Source: a virus
Lineage: Duplodnaviria; Heunggongvirae; Uroviricota; Caudoviricetes
Direction: 5' to 3' (one strand)
IMG/VR virus record: IMGVR_UViG_3300006204_000004
Span: 1 to 62,066 of that record
DNA length: 62,066 nt
Shown: positions 1 to 10,027 of the stretch, piece after piece
How the letters are laid out: each line of letters opens with the position of its first letter
Numbering within the stretch: position 1 is the first letter of the stretch
Position numbers and translations under genes: made by a program
The notes under the pieces: generated by a model
The model's input: the letters and a program-made list of their open reading frames with translations, nothing else
The model's database searches: none
Told to the model about the DNA's origin: nothing

Positions 1-232
1 AAATGCCTGTCAGGTCTCCAACTGTAAAAAAATCTTGCGAAATTCCCACCTTAAAAATCCGATAAACCAACTCGCCGTCCTCGTCAAAATCCGGATCCTG
101 GAAAAGCTGGTTGGAATTGCTGGCCGTATCGCCGATATTGTAGCATATTCCGTCGTCAACCCTCAATCCGTAAAACTCAAAATCTGTACCGCTGATTGCT
201 TTCTTAATGTCATCAATCGTTAATTTTGTCAT
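1..232 (-). CDS. hypothetical phage protein, 3' end outside window
   Basis: Hand translation from ATG at 232 with GGAGG RBS: MTKLTIDDIKKAISGTDFEFYGLRVDDG..., open to the window edge. Confidence 0.6.
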   Translation of the reverse strand, partial: MTKLTIDDIKKAISGTDFEFYGLRVDDGICYNIGDTASNSNQLFQDPDFDEDGELVYRIFKVGISQDFFTVGDLTGI

Positions 233-399
233 ATCCATTCCCTCCTGTCTGGCTTGTTGTTTGCCTGTTTCTTTAACTGTCTTTATTATATCACTTTCAA
301 AAGAAATGTCAAGCCTTTTTATAACTTTTCTAAGAAATATTTTTTGTTGACTTTTTCGTCGTTATAATATATATTAGGAAATAGAAAGGAGGCTTTAAA

Positions 400-636
400 A
401 TGCTGAAATACAAATTTAATATGGAAGAAGCGCTGGAGCGTGCGAAATTTAACACGTACAAAGCAAAGATAACTGGACTTTTAAGCCAAGACACGCTAAA
501 AAAAATAAAGTCAGAAAGTACAGATATTAGTCTTAAGGCATTAAATAATTTGTGTCTGATTTTAGATATGCCGCCAGGGGCCATTCTGGATTTTGAAATC
601 ACAGATAAGGAAAAAGAAGATAGAAAAAAACTTTGA
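400..636 (+). CDS. Cro/C1 (Xre)-type HTH transcriptional regulator
   Basis: 78 aa, GGAGG RBS, HTH-like segment LSQDTLKKIKSESTDISLKALNNLCLILDMPPGAIL; divergent from the upstream gene. Confidence 0.75.
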   Translation: MLKYKFNMEEALERAKFNTYKAKITGLLSQDTLKKIKSESTDISLKALNNLCLILDMPPGAILDFEITDKEKEDRKKL

Positions 637-740
637 TTATTTCAAAAATATCTCTTTTCAAAGTGATAAAAATATGATATTATATAATTGTCAAGAGGGA
701 AACCAAATGACAATAACCCGAAAGGGAGAAAGGAGGACAA

Positions 741-896
741 ATGAACGAGATGCCAGTATTCAAAAGTTTTTTAAGAGAGCAGCTTGAGAATCAAAAAGAA
801 CTGGAAAAAGCAATCAAAGAAAAAGATTACGAAAAAGCCAAAGAATTGATTGCAAAGATGATTGACCGGACGCAGAAAGGTATTGAGGACAACTAA
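741..896 (+). CDS. small hypothetical protein (51 aa)
   Basis: AGGAGG RBS; MNEMPVFKSFLREQLENQKELEKAIKEKDYEK...; below the ORF-track cutoff. Confidence 0.6.
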   Translation: MNEMPVFKSFLREQLENQKELEKAIKEKDYEKAKELIAKMIDRTQKGIEDN

Positions 897-966
897 AACG
901 GTCAAGGGAATTGAAAAGGGCGGCAGATACACAAGCCGCCCTCTAAATAAAGAAGGAGAGAAGAAA

Positions 967-1215
967 ATGAATAAGAAAATAGAAGAAATGAAAAAAAGCA
1001 TGATTGATGCAGGCATTTACTCGGTTGAGGACATCGAGGAAATTTGTCGCCTTGAAATAGAATATGCACAGGAATGTGAGGAGATTGCAAACCAGTGTAT
1101 AGAAGAAGGATATCCTTCACACGGGTCAAATTATGACCTAAGATGTGAGAATGCTCGTCGTTACTATGATGAGCAGATAGCGTATATTGACGAAAAATAT
1201 ACGCAGGAAGAATGA
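967..1215 (+). CDS. hypothetical phage protein
   Basis: AAGGAG RBS before ATG 967 (MNKKIEEMKK...), followed by GACCGC/GCGGTC terminator hairpin. Confidence 0.65.
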   Translation: MNKKIEEMKKSMIDAGIYSVEDIEEICRLEIEYAQECEEIANQCIEEGYPSHGSNYDLRCENARRYYDEQIAYIDEKYTQEE

Positions 1216-1992
1216 CCGCTAATATAGCGGTCTATTTTTTGCATTTTGGCTTATTTAAGCGTTTCATGTGCTTAATGAATAAATATAGCTTCTCTTGTTT
1301 TTTCAGTCTGTATCAGGCTATTAGGGCTATCAGAATGGATTGTAGATAGCTGGTTGTCGATAGTGTTATATAGTCATAATTATTTTTTACTATGAATTAA
1401 TATATTGATTTATGTATAAGCTTCTATTCTTTTTCTATTTTCTGATAATAACTTTTTCCATTTTGTTTCCTGTTTTATTTCCGTAAAGAATTTAAAATAA
1501 TGTTTGACATTAAAATTGAATTATTATTTTTTATGATTTTCTATTGTGATTCTTAATCGAATTTTTATTTAATTATTATTTAATCTTCATTAACGAATCA
1601 ACATAATTTGAATATTTGTCATATGTTATTAGATATAATCATATCAGATAATAGCTGGAAATTTACTAATTCAAAAAAATAGATCTAATTATTTTTTGAA
1701 TGTTGTTATATTTTGCAGAAAAATAATGATCGTGATATGGTATAATAGCTAAGGTTATTGAGATTAATTTTTAGAAAATGTAGCAAGTAAATGTTGTTTA
1801 ACTGAAAAGTTATGCTGCAAGTTACAGCTCTTAGAATGTATAGAAATATAAAAGTATACATATCGTACCATTTATGCTGCATAAATTATATCTGATATCT
1901 GTATTATATCTATCTAAGTTTGATTCATTTTTATGATTAAATTACATCACATTTGAAATACACTCAAGTGTAAATATGTATAATAGTTCATT

Positions 1993-2024
1993 TTTTGATA
2001 TCATTTTGATATCATTTTGATATC
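1993..2024. repeat. three tandem 11-bp units TTTTGATATC(A) built on the palindrome TGATATCA
   Basis: Direct reading of 1993-2024 within a 1.5-kb AT-rich non-coding tract. Confidence 0.8.
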
Positions 2025-2777
2025 GAACATTACTACACTGTTAAGTCGATTCAACAATATTAATATACTATTTGTATGGCTGAATTTAAAGTTACAAAAC
2101 CTTGCATTCACAAAATCATAGAATAATAATATTATAATACCTATTTATCAAATATCTTAATTCTAAGTTGTATAAATGTATAAAATACAACTTATGCTAC
2201 ATTTTATCTTTATAAGACAGGGGGGTATGTTTACATTATTTTTCTAATTTGTATTTTTCTAAATTGGTATATCTGTTCCATTCGCTTATCAAAATTAATT
2301 TTCAATTTTTATACTTTAAAAATACAATTCTAATTATAAATTTTCTATAAAATTTTATAAACAAAAAATAAATTGCTTCGATAGCACGTTCGATAAACCC
2401 TTTATTTTTCTGACTTTTTACTATTTTCATACCTTTAAAATTATTCAAAATCTCTTTCATAAGCTTAAAATCCATTGAAAAATCAGTCAATTATCGAACT
2501 CAGCTTAACATCTCTTTTACAATTAAGAAAATGAACATCAAATCAGCTAAAAAGTTTCAGTCAAAAACCTTAAAATATCTAGTAAAATCAATGCTTTCTC
2601 AAATTGCTTCGGTTTAAAAATCACTCTCTCACCGAACTCAATCTTATATACACACAAAATTTTTCAATATAATTTTAAATCAGAAAAAGAATAAGATTAT
2701 GTATCATTAGAAAATACAAAGTGTATATCATACACAATGAAAACCAATAATATTATAAACAAACGGAGGATTTTATA

Positions 2778-3878
2778 ATGAAATCAAAAGACATCTGTGA
2801 TATAATAATAGAAAATGTATTTAATGAATGGAGAAAATCTATGAACGCTCAAAACCAAAGAGAACAATGGGAAATACCAAAATACTCAAAATCAGAAATT
2901 AATAGAGCTGGTTCTATAATTGCAGATTCATCTTCATCTAAAGAAGAATATGATAATGCTCTTATGGTATTAAATAATTGGAGAGCTGCACATGCTTATC
3001 CTTTACAAGTAATATGCAACAATTTGCGTTCACGCAATCAAAATGCTATTGTAGTGCAACGATTAAAACGACTTGAATCTATTACTGGTAAGATAGTACG
3101 TTTTCCAGATATGAATCTATATCGGATGCAAGATCTTGGAGGTTGCAGAGTTATTGTAGATACAATAGATCAGGTATATAAAGCTGTAGAGGAATACAAA
3201 AAATCTCGTATCCGTCATATATTAAAACGTGAATATGATTATATTAAAAATCCTAAAAATTCAGGATATCGTTCCTACCACATGGTATATCAATTTCAAA
3301 GTGATAAAAAAGAAACTTATAATAAGAATATGCTTATAGAAATACAGTTTCGAACAAAACTTCAACATATATGGGCAACTGCTGTTGAGATGATGGGAAT
3401 ATATACAAAAAGCAATTTAAAATCAAGCCAAGGCGACAATAACATATTAAGATTTTTTACACTTATATCATCTGTAATTGCAATACAGGAAAATATGCCA
3501 GTTTGTCCCAACTCATCAGGAAACATAAATGATTTAGTACAAGAGATTAAACTTTTAAATAAAAATCATCATATAATATCTATATTAAGTGGCATAAATC
3601 TAGCTATTGATTATACACAAAAAAACACCAAAAATAAAAGTAATTATTATTTATTAATTTTAGATTATTCTACGAAAAAAGTTCGTATTGCAGAATTTAA
3701 ACCTTCACAATTAGAAGCAGCTACAAAAGCTTATGGAAATTTAGAAAAAGAAACTGATAAAAACGTTGTTCTTGTATCGGCAAAATCTTTTAATGAATTA
3801 CGTGAAGCATATCCAAACTATTTCGTAGATATCTCTGAATTTATTAATATGATTCAAAAGATTATGAAAGATCATTAA
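2778..3878 (+). CDS. RelA/SpoT small alarmone synthetase domain protein, fused CapRel-like toxin-antitoxin
   Basis: SYNTH motifs QRLKRLESI, MQDLGGCRVIV, SGYRSYH, EIQFRTKLQH; C-terminal extension ending NVVLVSA...EAYPNYF (YxxY); no hydrolase domain. Confidence 0.8.
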   Translation: MKSKDICDIIIENVFNEWRKSMNAQNQREQWEIPKYSKSEINRAGSIIADSSSSKEEYDNALMVLNNWRAAHAYPLQVICNNLRSRNQNAIVVQRLKRLESITGKIVRFPDMNLYRMQDLGGCRVIVDTIDQVYKAVEEYKKSRIRHILKREYDYIKNPKNSGYRSYHMVYQFQSDKKETYNKNMLIEIQFRTKLQHIWATAVEMMGIYTKSNLKSSQGDNNILRFFTLISSVIAIQENMPVCPNSSGNINDLVQEIKLLNKNHHIISILSGINLAIDYTQKNTKNKSNYYLLILDYSTKKVRIAEFKPSQLEAATKAYGNLEKETDKNVVLVSAKSFNELREAYPNYFVDISEFINMIQKIMKDH

Positions 3879-3901
3879 AATATAGTATATTAGTTTCAAT
3901 T

Positions 3902-3931
3902 TAAGACAGGTGAAAAAATCATCTGTCTTAT
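3902..3931 (+). terminator. intrinsic terminator after the RelA/SpoT gene
   Basis: TAAGACAGGTGA / TCATCTGTCTTA inverted repeat followed by T residues. Confidence 0.6.
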
Positions 3932-4169
3932 TTCTATGTCAAAAATCAAAACTATTTTTATCAAATATAAAATCTATAATATCCAGCAAGTGTATGAGTA
4001 GTGTGGGGGGGGGTATATTTTACATCATTTAGAATATACCAGATATCCACTACACTACTACCTGAAAATATAGATTGAAAAATTATTGCTCATTCTCATC
4101 CAAAAATATAGAAGTAATAACCAGAAACAAATCATAATATAAAAATTATTTAGGGGAGAGATTTAACTT

Positions 4170-5204
4170 ATGACAAATAACACAGCTTTACAGATAAGTA
4201 ATTTCAATTTTTATGGAGATGAATTAATTGCATTGAAAGATAATGCAACTGGTAAGATCTACACTTCTATCACACATGTCCTTAGAGAAATTGGATTCAC
4301 AGAAAAACAAATTGAGCATCAAAAAAGGAAAATTATGAATGATGAGATATTGAAAAACCACACCCAAAAATTTTCGGGAGTGGATTTGAACATGCCACCT
4401 GGATTCTCGGATTTACGTGACGAGGTGCCCATAAATGCCTGAAACAAGCCATTCCTCGTCATGTTTATGAAATATTCGATTGTGACGAGGATTTATACTG
4501 AAATCCTTATAAATCAAGCTGTTGACAATTTTACCTCGTCACGTTTCCGAGAATCCAGGATGCCAAGTATAAATGAAATATCTTGTATTTCTAATCGTAA
4601 ATTGCCTTTGGCATTAGCAAAAATAACAATAACACCAAAAATAAAAAAGATTCAGCCAGAATTAAGTGAAAAATTATTTAGATACCAAGATAAATGTGGT
4701 GATGTATTAGCATCCGTATTCATAGATAATAAAACAACAGATCAAATAATCATGCAACCAATATTAGATACGCTAAATACCTTCACCAAAACAGTAAATG
4801 ATACTCTCCTATCCCTAAATGAAAGAATGTCAAAACTGGAAGAGTCTCATGAAAAGGTAAAGAAAACACTACCAAAGAAAAGATTTTCATATTGGAATTC
4901 CAAGATGTTCCCAAAATATCAGTTGTTAATGGATTACTTTGAAATACCAACTGGTAAAAACGGAATTTTATATAAAGAACTATACAAAGAATTTCATAAC
5001 ACATACCCAGATATAGAAATAAATCAGATTATAGATGATTACTGTTATGATAATGGGCTTGATGGCTGCTTTACATTAGATGCTATAGAACATAATAAAA
5101 CTGTAAGAAAGTTATTTGAAAGTATGGTTGATAATTTATTGGAGAAATATGATTTGCTTTCAAAGAATGTAATTGTAAGAGAGAAAACAATATTTGATGA
5201 TTAA
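4170..5204 (+). pseudogene. phage antirepressor (P22 AR-N-like N-terminus) interrupted by a MITE
   Basis: ORFs 4170-4442 and 4461-5204 share a frame; removing 4398-4565 gives ...GVDLNMP-SINEISCISNRKLPLALAKI... Confidence 0.75.
4398..4559. mobile_element. 162-bp MITE with IS1380-like ends
   Basis: Terminal inverted repeats CCTGGATTCTCGGA..ACGTGACGAGGT / ACCTCGTCACGT..TCCGAGAATCCAGG; ATGCCA duplicated on both sides (4392-4397, 4560-4565); much higher GC than flanks. Confidence 0.9.
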
Positions 5205-5405
5205 ATTATAGCTGAGATAAATCTATAAACAATATATAATTTAAGGAAATTTGGAGAAGAAGATTATACACTATCTTTATTATATTACATACCATCAACA
5301 ATCAATTAATTTTTTATGGAGTAAATTATTTTGAAGCAAAGCGAAAAATAATTTACGGAATATATGTCTGTCTTATTAAAAGGTTTTATCTTTATTCAGT
5401 TCAGC

Positions 5406-5480
5406 AAGTGGGGGTTAAAACCTACTTTGCTGAACGACCCCCATGAAGTAAGTGGGGGTTAAAACCTACTTTGCTGAACG
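5406..5480. repeat. two perfect 31-bp direct repeats AAGTGGGGGTTAAAACCTACTTTGCTGAACG
   Basis: Copies at 5406-5436 and 5450-5480, separated by 13 nt. Confidence 0.9.
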
Positions 5481-5507
5481 CTCGCAAGAAAAAAGGAGGA
5501 ATTATTT

Positions 5508-6317
5508 ATCGACAAACCAGAATATTTTACAAGATTTCCTAACGAGTATATTCAGGGAAATATAAAAACAAAATTTGGAGTAAGTAGAAAATTTTATATC
5601 ATTTATATTCTCATAGATAAATACAGATCTTATGAAGATTATAGCTGGATAACTATTCGCAAGGTACTAAATTTCTATGGATATAAAACTCATAAACGAA
5701 AACCAAAAGCAGTTGGAGAAATATTAGATGTACTTGAATACATGATAAATAACAAAATGATTGAAGTCAAACAAGAATTAGATTCTTTGTCTTATGATAC
5801 TGGTATTGAAATTAAAATTATTTCAGAAAATTTTGATTATCCTGACAAATTCGGAAAATTGTCATCTTCTCAATATGATGTAATTATGATGGCAGATACA
5901 TCCCTAAATAAAGAAAGTATTCTTATGGCATTCCTTTATATTAATTCATATATCGGATGCCGGAAAAGAAATAATGATGGATCAGAACTAGCAAATGCCA
6001 AAGATTATCCAGAGGCATTTTGGAGAAGTATTGAAAGTATGGCAAAGGAACTAGCAATGTCAAAAGACACAATTAACAAATGCATTGATTACTTAACTTC
6101 TCCATCTAACACTACTCCCCCACTGTTAGTAAAAAAAGAAGTAGGTAGTATACAGAAAGATAAAAACAAACCACCACAAAATGTTCCTAATATTTATGTG
6201 CTAAACAAAGAAGGTTATAAACAAGAGATTAAATGGGCTTTGAATAAGATGCTAGAAGTTTATGAAGTAGATAAATTTTATCCTTCTAAAAGTGGGAATT
6301 ATCGGTTTAAAGAATGA
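5508..6317 (+). CDS. putative replication-initiator / winged-helix DNA-binding protein, probable ATC start
   Basis: Frame open for 78 codons upstream of ATG 5742 back to an AAAGGAGG RBS; C-terminal SIESMAKELAMSKDTINKCIDYL...NIYVL is HTH-like; function inferred from position. Confidence 0.55.
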   Translation: MDKPEYFTRFPNEYIQGNIKTKFGVSRKFYIIYILIDKYRSYEDYSWITIRKVLNFYGYKTHKRKPKAVGEILDVLEYMINNKMIEVKQELDSLSYDTGIEIKIISENFDYPDKFGKLSSSQYDVIMMADTSLNKESILMAFLYINSYIGCRKRNNDGSELANAKDYPEAFWRSIESMAKELAMSKDTINKCIDYLTSPSNTTPPLLVKKEVGSIQKDKNKPPQNVPNIYVLNKEGYKQEIKWALNKMLEVYEVDKFYPSKSGNYRFKE

Positions 6318-6421
6318 GAGGTGATAAAAGATAAATAAAGAACTGAAATGTAGAAATATAAGTTAGGATAGAATTTTGTTCTATGTAACTCATAAATCTT
6401 TTTGAAAGAAAGGAATTTTAT

Positions 6422-7633
6422 ATGTTAATTGAAATAGAAAAAATTAAAATCAAAGATCGTATCAGAAAAGACTTTGGAAACATTCAAGAACTTGCTGATG
6501 ATATCAAGGATAACGGATTAATTAACCCTCCAGTTATAACACCTGACACATATGAGCTAATCACTGGAGAACGAAGAATACGTGCAATGAAGCTGCTTGG
6601 ATACCAACAGATAGAAGTGCGTCCTATGGCTGTAAAGGATGCTGAACACCAGTTAAATCTTGAAATATCTGAAAATGAAGCGAGAAAAGATTTTTCAAAA
6701 GCGGAAAGGATTGATTATGCAAGACGCTTGGAAAGAATTGAAAGTTTGAAAGCTGAAAAGAGAATGAAAGCTGGTAAAGTAGACCCTATGGAAATATTTC
6801 CACAGGGTACAACCAGAGACGTTGTTGCTTCAAAACTAGGTATTGGCTCAGGTAAACAATATGAAAAAGAAAAATTTATTGTTGACAACAAAGATTCTCT
6901 CACCCCAGAAGATTTCGCAGAATGGGATGAAGGAAAACTCTCAACAAATAAAGCATTTATGAAGATCAAAAAAGAAAAAGAATTATTAGAAGAACAATTA
7001 AAGCAATTAGAACTTTCAAACCAGAATATGCAAAAATATGAAAAACTCACAGAAATGATACCAGAACTAGAAGATCTTGTTGATACAGGTATTGTTACAA
7101 AGAACACTGCTCTTGCAATGATGAAAAATCTTTCTGAGCAAGAACAAAAAGAATTTATTGAATCTATTCCAACAGATAAAAAATACACACAGATACAGAT
7201 GGATGAAGAAATACAGAAGTATAAAAATAGAATTAGTGAATTGGTACAGCAAAAAGTCAAAACTGAAACAGTTGAGATTCAAGTTGATAAACCAGAAACA
7301 TTAACAAAAATTAAAGACCTAGAAAAAAAACTTGAAAAGAAAACGATAGAAAACGAAAAAATGTCATCAACTTTAATTGAAAAAGAGAAGATGATTAATG
7401 AAGCTATTGGTTCAAGTACCAATTACCAACTCACATCACATTGTAGTGAAATTACTCTAAAAATACTCAATTTTGTGAAAGAAATGTCTCAATATGATTA
7501 TATGGCAGAAAGTTTTAACGAAATCCCTATTGCGACAAGAATTGAGTATGAAAAGTGTATCAAATCAGTAAAGAAATGGGCTGATAGAATTTTAGGTACT
7601 ATTAATCAAGAAAAAGAAATTATTGATATGTAA
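6422..7633 (+). CDS. ParB/Srx N-terminal domain protein
   Basis: LADDIKDNGLINPPVI...LITGERRIRAMKLLG...EISENEARKDF, followed by an HTH and coiled coil. Confidence 0.85.
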   Translation: MLIEIEKIKIKDRIRKDFGNIQELADDIKDNGLINPPVITPDTYELITGERRIRAMKLLGYQQIEVRPMAVKDAEHQLNLEISENEARKDFSKAERIDYARRLERIESLKAEKRMKAGKVDPMEIFPQGTTRDVVASKLGIGSGKQYEKEKFIVDNKDSLTPEDFAEWDEGKLSTNKAFMKIKKEKELLEEQLKQLELSNQNMQKYEKLTEMIPELEDLVDTGIVTKNTALAMMKNLSEQEQKEFIESIPTDKKYTQIQMDEEIQKYKNRISELVQQKVKTETVEIQVDKPETLTKIKDLEKKLEKKTIENEKMSSTLIEKEKMINEAIGSSTNYQLTSHCSEITLKILNFVKEMSQYDYMAESFNEIPIATRIEYEKCIKSVKKWADRILGTINQEKEIIDM

Positions 7634-7643
7634 AGGAGAAAAC

Positions 7644-8222
7644 ATGAGAACAAATAATGATTTAGAAACAAGAGTATCAGCACTAGAAGAATTATCACTT
7701 GAAATTGGACAGGAATGTAACAGAAGTTTAGATCTAACAAATAAAATAGTAAAAATTTTACCTAATGCAATTAAAGAACAATTTGCACAGGAATTTGCAA
7801 CTAGGGAAAGTGAAATAGAATCAAATGTTATAACAACTGTCTCTGGAGTTATTGATACGAAAATTAGAGATACGTTAGATGAACGTGGGTTAAGTAAAAC
7901 TGATGCTGATAGATTAACTAAAGCCAGATATAAAAGAATGCGTGAATTATTAGGAGATTCTAAATCTGACGAATATAAATTATTTATTCCATTTTATCAA
8001 GGATGTATGAGAAATGGATATTTAAAAAAATTTGATGTATTAAGATATGCTGATATTGATCCATCGCAATTTAAAGAAGCGTTAGAATATATCCAAAATT
8101 TTAATATTGTTGACCGTAGTTGGTGTATTGAAGCTTTACATAATAATTATAGAAATCAAGAATTTACAAATAACAAATTAGTTCATGCATATGAACGATA
8201 TTTTGGAATTAATATCGCATAG
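7644..8222 (+). CDS. hypothetical protein with ORF6C-like C-terminal motif
   Basis: AAAGGAG RBS; RYADIDPSQFKEALEYIQNF. Confidence 0.55.
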   Translation: MRTNNDLETRVSALEELSLEIGQECNRSLDLTNKIVKILPNAIKEQFAQEFATRESEIESNVITTVSGVIDTKIRDTLDERGLSKTDADRLTKARYKRMRELLGDSKSDEYKLFIPFYQGCMRNGYLKKFDVLRYADIDPSQFKEALEYIQNFNIVDRSWCIEALHNNYRNQEFTNNKLVHAYERYFGINIA

Positions 8223-8702
8223 GTAGATGATAACTTAGTTAAGTAAAAGTCATCATAAACAAGTAATTATTTTTCTGCCTATACACTAACAGAGTCTTGG
8301 ATGATACAGTGGCATTTAGTATTTCAAAACTATGCCACTGGTCACACTTAAAATCAAATTATCATGATGGAAAGATTAATCACAAATATCTTGAAGATTT
8401 AGAATTACTCTCACTATGGATATTTTGAATCTTGTCCAACTATTGAAAAGTTAGACAAAATAACTACTCTCAGTGTGTTTTAAATCTAGTTGACAACTAT
8501 ATGTTCTGAAATTTTCTTGTAAGGTTTATAAATCCAGCATTGTATGATATGTCTGGTTCTTGGATTTGCCAACTGAATACAGCAGCATTTGAAACACGCC
8601 CCCCATTTCTCTATATAGACAATAGTTATTTTAATAAAAAGGAGAATTGAACTATGAATAACAAATTTACACCTAAAAATATAAAGGAGAGAATCACTAT
8701 AA

Positions 8703-8924
8703 ATGCTCAAAAATTACACAGTAAAAATACCAAATAACAATTATGAAAACCGTTCCACTTTTGGAGGCTTAATTTATTTTACAGATTTTTATACAAATTG
8801 CAGTGGAAATACAAACATGCACTCCCCTATAGCAAATAGGATTTTGCAAGATAGAAAATTTGATAAACAGTGTAAGAAAAACTTAGAAATTAGAGATAAA
8901 CGGAGGAATAAGAATGGTTGCTAA
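8703..8924 (+). CDS. hypothetical phage protein
   Basis: AAAGGAG RBS; overlaps the next start. Confidence 0.55.
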   Translation: MLKNYTVKIPNNNYENRSTFGGLIYFTDFYTNCSGNTNMHSPIANRILQDRKFDKQCKKNLEIRDKRRNKNGC

Positions 8925-9276
8925 ATATAAAGGTACAACACTTGAATTCGATTTAGGAAAATATGGATATAAAGGATATAATGCTGTATGTACATATAGA
9001 TACAATAAAAGAATAGATAAATATTCTTTAGAAATGGAATTAAAATATAAAGATATTGGTGGCAGCTTTAGGATTGATCGCCAAGAAATTGATACTCAGT
9101 ACATATCAGGTTGTCGTAAAACTATAACAGACAACATTAGCAGAATCGTTGAATAAGCATGTTTATCTGGATTTTTTGATGAATATATTAAACGTTATGA
9201 ATACATTTATCAATGCTTTTATAAAGGTAATGAACTTTTAGAAAAAGAAAGCCTAATAAATGCTGATGGCAATTAA
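8914..9276 (+). pseudogene. hypothetical protein with premature TAA
   Basis: Frame continues after TAA 9154-9156 as ACLSGFFDEYIKRYEYIYQCFYKGNELLEKE... Confidence 0.6.
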
Positions 9277-9457
9277 GAATGATTATAATATATACCAAAT
9301 GAGAAAAGATCGTCCTTTTAATATATATTATCAGTATTTATCATGTGTGGCTACCATAAAAGATTTAGGAATAAAAAATATCTGTTATCCAAATAATAAT
9401 TGCTTTGAATACGAAAACTTGAAAATATTCGTGAAAGGAGTGTTGTATAAACTTTGA
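9260..9457 (+). pseudogene. C-terminal remnant of a cytidine/dCMP-deaminase-like protein
   Basis: IYQMRKDRP...SCVATIKDLGIKNICY resembles the deaminase C-terminus but lacks the HxE and PCxxC motifs. Confidence 0.35.
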
Positions 9458-9696
9458 TTTGTGAATTTTGCAGAAAAATTATTGGGCATGATTCCAGATG
9501 TCCAAATTATATTCCACAAAAAGCTGTCCTCTTCTGCTCTTCTTGTGTACAGGGAATATATTATGGTGAAAACTATGTAGAAAATGAAAATGGAGAATGC
9601 AGACATTATGACTGCATATATGGAATACAGGATCTATTGGAATGGTTAGGTTATAAAGTGAAAACTATGGTGGATAATTATGAAGAAAATTATTAG
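9454..9696 (+). CDS. small Cys-rich (zinc-finger-like) protein
   Basis: CEFC...HDSRCP...CSSC...CRHYDC. Confidence 0.6.
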   Translation: MICEFCRKIIGHDSRCPNYIPQKAVLFCSSCVQGIYYGENYVENENGECRHYDCIYGIQDLLEWLGYKVKTMVDNYEENY

Positions 9697-9961
9697 ATTT
9701 TTAAAAAGAATATTTAGTAAATATGAAATCGGATATGAGTACTGGATTGATATAAATGAGATTAAAATTCCTAGATATCTCAAAAGCAAGAAAATTGGTA
9801 TGATAGACTGGAATCGTAAAATACGATACTGGTTAGAAACTGGCGAATTTGAATCTTACATTTTATTATCTAAAGACTTTACTCTTGTTGATGGATATTC
9901 AAGTTATAAGATTGCAAAACAAAGTGGTATGGATATCGTTCCTGTATATTTTGTGAACTAA
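9680..9961 (+). CDS. hypothetical protein, ParB-like fragment
   Basis: ILLSKDFTLVDGYSSYKIAK resembles the ParB/Srx LxDGxxR segment. Confidence 0.5.
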   Translation: MKKIIRFLKRIFSKYEIGYEYWIDINEIKIPRYLKSKKIGMIDWNRKIRYWLETGEFESYILLSKDFTLVDGYSSYKIAKQSGMDIVPVYFVN

Positions 9962-10027
9962 ATAGAAATTTCATTGGTAATGGAATTTCTAATAGAGAAA
10001 TATTAAATATAGCAAAAGTGAAGGAGG

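Noticed and set aside
5406-5480. CRISPR array
   Set aside because: Only two repeats, a 13-nt spacer and no cas genes
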